Positions 59,201 to 64,000 of a stretch of DNA of 64,000 bases are shown here, one piece after another. Both the position numbers and the translations under genes were made by a program. The stretch lies in NCBI GenBank assembly GCA_944371905.1, contig CALVYA010000005.1, positions 7,728-71,727 on the forward strand, read 5' to 3'. A model generated the notes under the pieces. The model saw nothing but the letters and a program-made list of their open reading frames with translations, searched no databases and had not been told where the DNA came from. How positions within the stretch are numbered: position 1 is the first letter of the stretch; each line of letters opens with the position of its first letter. The DNA is from an uncultured Bacilli bacterium. Its GTDB lineage: Bacteria; Bacillota_I; Bacilli_A; RF39; UBA660.

Positions 59201-60964
59201 GTGATTCGTAATGTATATAATATTGATTTTTCAGGTGTTTCTGTATTTTTAAGCTCTACGTTACCAGTGACTAGTGTATCTATAGATCGAATTATTTATA
59301 AGTCAATTACCATAGAAATAGAGTTAGAACCTAATGAGACGAAAGAATTTGCTTTTATGTTGGGGACTGCAATTGGCAAAGAAGAGGTAAGAAACTTAAT
59401 ATTTTCTTATAACCAAGATAAAATAATTAATAAGGAATATCAAGAGGTTGTTAAATATTGGGATAATATGTTAAATACTATAAAAGTAAAGACTCCGGAT
59501 ACTAATTTCAATTATATGATGAATGGATGGTATTTATATCAGACAGTGGCGTCTCGACTTTTTGCAAGAGCAGGTTTCTATCAGGTAGGAGGGGCTTATG
59601 GATTTAGAGATCAATTGCAAGATTCTATGAACATTTGCGAAGTTAATCCGGCTTTGACTAAACAACAAATTTTAAAGAATGCAATGCATCAATTTAAAGA
59701 AGGCGATGTTCTTCATTGGTGGCACGAAGAAAATAAATTGGGTCTTAGAAGTAGATATATGGATGACTTTTTATGGCTTGTTTATGCTACTTTGAAATAT
59801 ATTAAAGTAACTGGAGATGTTAAAATTTTAGAAGAAGAGGTATGCTTTGTAGAAGGTCCACAGTTATTGCCAACGGAAGAAGAAAAAGGTATTGTATTTA
59901 ATTATAGTAATGATAAAAAAAGCTTGTTAGAACATTTATTATTGTCTATGAATCGTACTATGAATCATATTGGTACTAATGGCCTACCATTAATGGGTGG
60001 TGGTGATTGGAACGATGGTATGAATCAAGTGGGAATTAATGGCAAAGGAACTAGTGTATGGCTTGGATTTTTTGCTTATATGATAATTAGTAACTTTGTT
60101 GATACATGTGATAAACATAAAATTGATATAGACACTAAAAAATATACTAAATTTTTAGAAAAATTAAAGCAGGCATTAAATACTGTTGCTTGGGAAGATA
60201 ATTATTATGTTAGAGCGTTCTTTGATAATGGTGATAAATTAGGCTCTAATATGAATGACGAATGCAAAATCGATTTGATATCACAAAGCTTTTCTATTTT
60301 ATCCGAAGTGATTCCTTTTGATCGAATTGGGACAGTGATTAAAGCAGTGGAAGACAACTTAGTAGATAAAAATTTAAAGATCGTAAAATTATTAACTCCA
60401 CCATTTAAACAAGCTGAAAATATTCCGGGTTATATTATGGATTATCCTAAAGGTATTAGAGAAAATGGAGGACAATATACACATTCTGTAGCTTGGTATA
60501 TTATGGCTTTGATTAAAGTGGGATATATTGATAGAGCATATCAATACTACGAGATGATTAACCCAATTAATCGTACTTTAACTAGAGAAGATGTACAACA
60601 ATATAGGATAGAACCATACGTGATAGCTGCGGATATATATAGTAATTATAAATATCCTGCAAGAGGAGGATGGAGTTGGTATACAGGTAGTGCTGGTTGG
60701 TTCTACAATGTAGGTCTTACTAATATTGTTGGGTTTGTTAAAGAAGCAAATATTTTAAGAATAGAACCTCATGTTCCAACTAGTTGGAAAAATTATGAGT
60801 TGGAATACAAATACATGGATACTCTTTATAAAATAAAAGTGAATTTAAAAGAGGATAAAAATAGTATTATGGTAGATGGAGAAAAAATAAATTCTAACTT
60901 TATTAAATTAAAAAACGATAAAAGGATACATGCGGTAATTGTTAATATGAAAGGAGAAAACTAA
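53279..60964 (+). CDS. Cyclic beta-1,2-glucan synthase-like giant protein (GT84-like transferase, central helical barrel/cyclisation-like domain, GH94-like phosphorylase)
   Basis: 2561 aa. Transferase-type motifs: VVIPTIIKD, ITIDTDTEL, LSHDLLEG, QHRWSRGD, flanked by TM helices. Central blocks: KTSPTDIGMSITSV, SSVDSGNLAASL, WSGTSFEYFMPL. GH94-type motifs: GGAYGFRDQLQDS, GGGDWNDGMN, ENGGQYTHSVAWYIMA, GGWSWYTGSAGWFY. Confidence 0.75.
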   Translation: MNKYKSFLNNCKVIEKYYDYLISLTNDHNFVGATNEWIIDNYYIVAEIKVNIKKIIRENKKLKQLLNREPDIYLYLKQLYYKNEFNVDYNALIKELKKYQTDKTNYLNYDVIDAIPILLSFIIIERLSLLCTSKKNSQLEKQKIRELVQEFKVKLNNEVKINLSEYITIDKEIVNHPEIIEQLNDSLQELGEISNELFVQLDKMLEDNGLELKDIINKEHKDSINNNILVSNIFNSLRMVLKIKNFDLIDKISKTEHVLKQDSCYKMMTSETKGLYRSMIVKKAKNISEYDYACKLLEKSSKTGEHIGFYLFKRPNYTLRSRLYVAVIAIFTLIISLLLSFITLDYWWLAFILLLVPISELVIQLLNKILLRFYPCQPLPKIDFSKGIDVKNATMVVIPTIIKDKTKIDKMFELLEKYYLANKSNNLYFSLLGDCCESSIQEEEFDKEIAAYGIEVSDRLNEKYQTKIFSFVYRRRIFNPGEGKYLGYERKRGGLIHFNRLLLNTMSLYDKEKYIYVENVTQIKSNIKYVITIDTDTELVLNTALSLVGVMAHPLNKPVLNSDRTKVISGYGIIQPRVNVDIESTNKSIYSQLMAGIGGFDVYSTIVPNFYQDVFNEGSFVGKGIYDLKVFDEVVSNTFPENLILSHDLLEGNYLRCGFASDIELIDDFPSEFLVESSRQHRWSRGDVQISGWLGKKVRNKSGILVKNPLNLIERFKIFDNIRRIWLNPCMLFLMILSFICGNPLCTFIIILAIIFLPMIFYIKELLHRQNKKMFTFKYYNNLMFGFLSILYRIFITFITIPYYSYVYLDAFFKALYRMNISHKNLLNWVTAEEAAKNIKKDLANYVNQFKVNYIISILIVLLAFVFSREFIVIAILITVGFALAPLVLWSFSRRKDIVLDGLNSTQNDKLKDMAYRTWLYFDTLLTEENNYLIPDNIQLNRENKVYGKTSPTDIGMSITSVISASELGFINDSKALILLGNIITSIEKLEKWNGHLYNWYDVEKMEKVIPYVVSSVDSGNLAASLVVAKEFCRKKNNIKLYERISKLFDNMDFSKFYTDQDVFSIAYNTVDEELSTYNYNKFASESRILSFVAIMKGDVPSKHWLCLDKTLTKYKKHKGVVSWSGTSFEYFMPLIFMRTYPNTLLDESYFFAKFCQKSYVNEIDSKMPWGISESAYDELDDGLNYKYKAFATPYLRVIDEKDDRLVLAPYASILAITNDPVDVYYNLKKFKRLKMYGDFGFYESYDYTTNNIVLAYYAHHQGMILASLTNYLKDNIIQDYFHADLRTQAFEILLKEKVQLNPVIDMKVVGYKKYDYEREKVENDIREYNYLSDTPQLSVLSNSKYTVLINDRGNGFSRYHTTQLNRYRKITEQDYGTYLYIKDLDSKKIWSNTFAPTNVVPDKYNVVFANDRIKFSRTDYNITTQTEIIVTKEHDSEIRKYTFKNNSNTTKRLELTTYTEVILEENIDDIIHRTFKNLFVSSKFDEENKALIMRRRNNSKKLSHYMVGRLLVDKKKYNISYETERDKFIGRGFNVYNAQALNNALSNEAGTNIDPILSLRTRIEVLPKEEVTVYYIEGFSRSIEGINDILNSYCSSSSIEKAFDYATLASNMNTKLLGVDGHNIRTYNIMLNYLYQTSRHFVNDARKDLLAKNSLNQSGLWKFGISGDRPIILVDIHSGEAYRLAKDLMRAYEYFKSKGIHIDLVIINSEEDEYQEIVKREVEQEIFRMNKLFDFSNIPGNIYLLEARDLTDNEIILLNMVARLAFHSNTDTSLEDAVNDMHLNNKIVDFQKRIYEPKIKLDVDTTKIKNFNGYGGFVNSGKEYIITNPDTPTPWSNVIANRTFGSIVTNNECGFTYSYNSQMFKLTSWSNDIVVNDKSEGITINGKEVQSDICRHGFGYSIFNHTGEDYDFETIHFVAQEDKIKFYKNKLTNVTDKKKKYKISFWINPTLGPNEEKSSRYLLSEYFEDLNAVVIRNVYNIDFSGVSVFLSSTLPVTSVSIDRIIYKSITIEIELEPNETKEFAFMLGTAIGKEEVRNLIFSYNQDKIINKEYQEVVKYWDNMLNTIKVKTPDTNFNYMMNGWYLYQTVASRLFARAGFYQVGGAYGFRDQLQDSMNICEVNPALTKQQILKNAMHQFKEGDVLHWWHEENKLGLRSRYMDDFLWLVYATLKYIKVTGDVKILEEEVCFVEGPQLLPTEEEKGIVFNYSNDKKSLLEHLLLSMNRTMNHIGTNGLPLMGGGDWNDGMNQVGINGKGTSVWLGFFAYMIISNFVDTCDKHKIDIDTKKYTKFLEKLKQALNTVAWEDNYYVRAFFDNGDKLGSNMNDECKIDLISQSFSILSEVIPFDRIGTVIKAVEDNLVDKNLKIVKLLTPPFKQAENIPGYIMDYPKGIRENGGQYTHSVAWYIMALIKVGYIDRAYQYYEMINPINRTLTREDVQQYRIEPYVIAADIYSNYKYPARGGWSWYTGSAGWFYNVGLTNIVGFVKEANILRIEPHVPTSWKNYELEYKYMDTLYKIKVNLKEDKNSIMVDGEKINSNFIKLKNDKRIHAVIVNMKGEN

Positions 60965-60965
60965 T

Positions 60966-62186
60966 ATGATAAAATGCGATTTTGATAAATATACTTCCAA
61001 ATTTATTTCTAATATTGATAAAAGCAAATTTAATAAGATTGAAAAGAAAATAGCAAAGGAATTTTTATCTGGGAGTTTAACATATTGGAATGATATTAAT
61101 AGTTTCGTATCCAAAGATGAGTTAAATACTATTATGAATACTGCTAATTATGTAAAAGAAAATTGTGATGTATTTATTATAATAGGAATTGGTGGTTCTT
61201 ATATGGGAAGTAAAGCTATTATGGAAGCATTACTTCCTACGTTCAACAAAAGTAAACCTGAGATCATTTTTTTAGGAACCGATTTATCATCTAGCTATTA
61301 TAAAGAGGTAATAGACTATATTAAAGATAAAGAAGTAATTGTTAATGTTATTTCTAAATCTGGAAATACATTAGAACCCAATATAGCTTTTGAAGTAATT
61401 TCTTATATCATGAAAGGAAAATATAAAAAAGAAGAATTAAAGGATCGCATTATAATAACAACGGATCAAAAAGAAGGCTCATTAAGGAAATTAGCTAATG
61501 AAGAGGGATATTTTACGTTTAATATCCCTAGCAATATTGGAGGAAGATTTTCTGTTTTTACTCCAGTTGGATTATTTCCTTTAGCAGTAGCTGGAATTGA
61601 TATTTTAACACTTTTAGAAGGTTTTATGTCCGCTAGTGAGTACGTTTCACTAGCCATTGATTATGCTGTTACTAGAGAGACGTTGTATAGAAAAAATAAA
61701 TATGTAGAATCTTTTACTGTGTACAATAGTAAATTATATTATTTTACGGAATGGTTAAAACAATTATTTGCAGAAACACAAGGAAAATCAGAAAAGGGGA
61801 TATTACCAATTTCTAATATTAATACAAGAGATTTACATTCAATGGGGCAATTCTTACAAGAAGGACATGACATTATATTTGAAACAGTAATAGGGATAGA
61901 GAACTCTAATGTTATCAAAATTGTTAAATATGATAAAACTTTAAATGAAATTAATAGAATTGCTCAAGAAAAAGTATGTTTAGCTCATTACCGTGATAAG
62001 ACCCCTAGTTTAGTGATTGATATTGAAAATTTAGATGAATATAATATAGGACAATTAGTAAGGTTCTTCATAACTGCAGCTATTGCAGGGGCTTTATTAA
62101 TAGACGTGAATCCATTTGATCAACCGGGAGTAGAAAAATATAAAGAATTAATAACAGAGGCATTAAATAATACTTATATATTTTAA
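60966..62186 (+). CDS. pgi: Glucose-6-phosphate isomerase (short Firmicute type)
   Basis: GIGGSYMGSKA, ISKSGNTLEP, GGRFSVFTPVGLFP, ...QPGVEKYK.... Confidence 0.88.
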   Translation: MIKCDFDKYTSKFISNIDKSKFNKIEKKIAKEFLSGSLTYWNDINSFVSKDELNTIMNTANYVKENCDVFIIIGIGGSYMGSKAIMEALLPTFNKSKPEIIFLGTDLSSSYYKEVIDYIKDKEVIVNVISKSGNTLEPNIAFEVISYIMKGKYKKEELKDRIIITTDQKEGSLRKLANEEGYFTFNIPSNIGGRFSVFTPVGLFPLAVAGIDILTLLEGFMSASEYVSLAIDYAVTRETLYRKNKYVESFTVYNSKLYYFTEWLKQLFAETQGKSEKGILPISNINTRDLHSMGQFLQEGHDIIFETVIGIENSNVIKIVKYDKTLNEINRIAQEKVCLAHYRDKTPSLVIDIENLDEYNIGQLVRFFITAAIAGALLIDVNPFDQPGVEKYKELITEALNNTYIF

Positions 62187-62211
62187 AAAGACAGAAAATC
62201 TGTCTTTTTTC
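62187..62211 (+). terminator. Rho-independent terminator after pgi
   Basis: AAAGACAGA-aaa-TCTGTCTTT followed by TTT. Confidence 0.7.
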
Positions 62212-62248
62212 TATAATAAATGATATAATTATATTAGGAGGTATTTGT

Positions 62249-63022
62249 ATGTGGTTAATAATTATAATAATTTTAATATTATTAATTTTATCATCAGTGA
62301 AACAAATCAATGAATATGAAAGAGGGATTAAATTTTCTTTTGGTAAATTTACAGAAGTTATGCAACCTGGATGGAGATTAGTTATTCCTATTTTTCAGTC
62401 TTATAAGAAAGTAGATATAAGAACAAAAGCTGTAGATGTGCCAGAGCAAGAAGCAATTACTAAAGATAATGTTTCAATAAAAATTAATGCAGTAATTTAC
62501 TATAAGATTTTTGATGCATCTAAAGCTATATTAGCTGTTGAGAATTATTACTATGCTGTAGGACAATTAGCACAAACTACAATGCGTAACATAGTAGGAG
62601 CAGTATCATTGGATGAATTGCTGGTTGATAGAGAAAAAATTTCCAGTGAAATATGCAAAGTAATTGATGAAGCAACGGATCCATGGGGAGTAAAAGTAGA
62701 AAATGTAGAACTTAAAGATGTGGCATTACCAGAAGAGATGAAGAGAGTAATAGCTAAAGTGGCTGAAGCTGAGCGTGAAAAGATGGCAGTTATTACTAAA
62801 GCTGCAGGAGAAGTGGAAGCTTCTGAGAATTTAGCTAAAGCAGCACGTACAATGAGCGAGTCTGCTGGTGCTCTTCATTTAAGAACTTTAGCTACTATTA
62901 ATGATATAAGTTCGGATCAATCCAATACGGTAGTTTTTGCAATTCCAATCGAAATATTAAGAGCTTTTGAAAATAATCCTCTTGCAAGTAAGGCAATGGT
63001 TGATAAAATTACTAAAAAGTAA
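62249..63022 (+). CDS. SPFH/band-7 (stomatin/prohibitin-like) membrane protein
   Basis: N-terminal TM, then ...INEYERGIKFSFGKF...ITKDNVSIKINAVIYYKI...RNIVGAVSLDELL.... Confidence 0.85.
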   Translation: MWLIIIIILILLILSSVKQINEYERGIKFSFGKFTEVMQPGWRLVIPIFQSYKKVDIRTKAVDVPEQEAITKDNVSIKINAVIYYKIFDASKAILAVENYYYAVGQLAQTTMRNIVGAVSLDELLVDREKISSEICKVIDEATDPWGVKVENVELKDVALPEEMKRVIAKVAEAEREKMAVITKAAGEVEASENLAKAARTMSESAGALHLRTLATINDISSDQSNTVVFAIPIEILRAFENNPLASKAMVDKITKK

Positions 63023-63026
63023 AAAT

Positions 63027-63056
63027 AGTCCACAGTAGTGTGGATTGTTTTTATTT
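63027..63056 (+). terminator. Rho-independent terminator after the SPFH gene
   Basis: AGTCCACA-gtag-TGTGGATT followed by GTTTTTATTTT. Confidence 0.65.
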
Positions 63057-63096
63057 TAAAAATAATGTATAATGTGTGTAGAAAGAGGAAATTTGT

Positions 63097-63642
63097 ATGA
63101 AAAAAAATAAAATAGGAGAAAGGTACATTATACATAGTTATAAACATGACGGTAGTATTCATCGAGCTTGGGATGAAGCGGTATTGCTAGATGAATGTGA
63201 CGATTATTTAGTGTTTGGAAACGATCGAACTAAAGTCATAGAATCTGATGGCAGAAGTTGGAAAACAAAAGAACCAGCTATTATGTATTTTTTTAAAAAC
63301 AATTGGTATAATGTCATTGGACAATGCAAAAAAGATGGGATATATTATTATTGTAATATTGCGTCTCCCTTTGTTATAGATGAGAAAACAATAAAATATA
63401 TTGATTATGATTTGGATTTAAGAGTGTTTCCTGATGGAGCATTTAAAGTGTTAGATCGTGGAGAATATAATTATCATAAAAATAAAATGCATTATTCTGA
63501 TGAAATTGATTTAGTATTGAAAGAAGAATTATCTAATTTAATAGAATTGGCAAGAAATCATAAAGGACCTTTTGAGAAAAGTAAAATAGAAGAATATTAT
63601 AAGATATACAAAACACATAAAAATAAATATTTTGTTAAATAA
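63097..63642 (+). CDS. DUF402-family nucleoside tri/diphosphatase (Ntdp/YgaC-like)
   Basis: ...SYKHDGSIHRAWDE...YYCNIASP...IKYIDYDLDLRVFPDG.... Confidence 0.8.
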   Translation: MKKNKIGERYIIHSYKHDGSIHRAWDEAVLLDECDDYLVFGNDRTKVIESDGRSWKTKEPAIMYFFKNNWYNVIGQCKKDGIYYYCNIASPFVIDEKTIKYIDYDLDLRVFPDGAFKVLDRGEYNYHKNKMHYSDEIDLVLKEELSNLIELARNHKGPFEKSKIEEYYKIYKTHKNKYFVK

Positions 63643-63739
63643 TAGGAAACTATTATTTTTTATTTCATATAATATTGTGTGAATAAAGGTACTATGTTTA
63701 TATAGGTTTGAAAAAAATATAAAAAAATAAAAATAATTG

Positions 63740-63768
63740 TTGACTTAATAATTAAACTCTGTTATTCT
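63740..63768 (+). promoter_or_regulatory. Tandem promoter 1 (TTGACT-17-TATTCT)
   Basis: TTGACT at 63740-45, 17-nt spacer, TATTCT at 63763-68, with an A-rich upstream tract. Confidence 0.5.
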
Positions 63769-63841
63769 AGTACATGTCGTGTGAGAAATGTCGACAAAAA
63801 AAGTGTCAAATAAAAAAGTGAAAAAAAAGTTAAAAAATATA

Positions 63842-63870
63842 TTGACTTTACATATTTTGTTTGATATTCT
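63842..63870 (+). promoter_or_regulatory. Tandem promoter 2 (TTGACT-17-TGaTATTCT) with an A-tract UP-like element
   Basis: TTGACT at 63842-47 and an extended -10 TGATATTCT at 63862-70, preceded by AAAAAAGTGAAAAAAAAGTTAAAAAA. Confidence 0.55.
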
Positions 63871-63942
63871 TATATACGTCGACGCAAAAAGCCGATATCA
63901 AAAATATGTCAAATAAAAAAGTAAAAAAAAGTAAAAAAACTA

Positions 63943-63971
63943 TTGACTTTACTTAATAAGTTTGATATATT
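63943..63971 (+). promoter_or_regulatory. Tandem promoter 3 (TTGACT-17-TGaTATATT) with an A-tract UP-like element
   Basis: TTGACT at 63943-48 and an extended -10 TGATATATT at 63963-71, preceded by AAAAAAGTAAAAAAAAGTAAAAAAA. Confidence 0.55.
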
Positions 63972-64000
63972 ACTAATGCAACCCAGAAATTACAATAATG

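Overview
This is a very AT-rich chromosomal segment from a low-GC Gram-positive bacterium (Bacillota). I cannot assign genus. Gene order is Bacillus/Erysipelotrichia-like: lysS, clpC, prfB, ftsEX plus an M23 peptidase, uvrB/uvrA, lgt, trxB, secE-nusG-rplKAJL, a ybxB-like methyltransferase, rpoBC, mscL, pgi. The genetic code is standard: TGA is used as a stop, and prfB keeps its classical +1 frameshift site. Most of the window is ordinary housekeeping sequence, with two accessory regions.

(1) A ~15.5-kb integrative element (about 10640-26137) sits inside uvrB.
- The native first 91 codons are left as a stub at 10376-10669. The element carries its own diverged copy of those 91 codons, plus upstream sequence, fused in frame to the rest of uvrB at 25864.
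- It encodes an excisionase, two tandem Arm-domain tyrosine integrases, a third Xer-like recombinase, and two DnaB-family ATPases.
- It also carries an SSB/PcfK/PcfJ module that resembles a conjugative leading region, an 890-bp ORF-free left arm with iteron-like repeats, repeated TCGTGTAA motifs at both ends, and a cargo block at 16.4-20.1 kb.
- The cargo block is an XRE regulator, a small possible PUA-like protein overlapping a PD-(D/E)xK nuclease, a membrane-anchored orphan and a zinc-ribbon orphan. I read it as a candidate methylase-less defence cassette.
- No relaxase, T4SS, capsid or terminase gene is visible.

(2) A glycan locus spans 48-61 kb.
- It contains a membrane-anchored pyruvyl transferase, a Wzx-flippase fused to a GT-D glycosyltransferase, and a 2561-aa cyclic beta-1,2-glucan-synthase-like protein (GT84-like, central helical domain, GH94-like).

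Smaller observations:
- A radical SAM/SPASM gene and a YqeG-like gene are wedged between uvrB and uvrA.
- An unknown 286-aa gene lies between nusG and rplK.
- Paired GTGGGAGG...CCAC leaders precede rplK and rplA.
- An L10-leader-type attenuator precedes rplJ.
- RpoB has an acidic C-terminal tail.
- Three tandem near-consensus promoter modules lie at the right edge.

All family calls come from motif recognition by eye. No database search was run.
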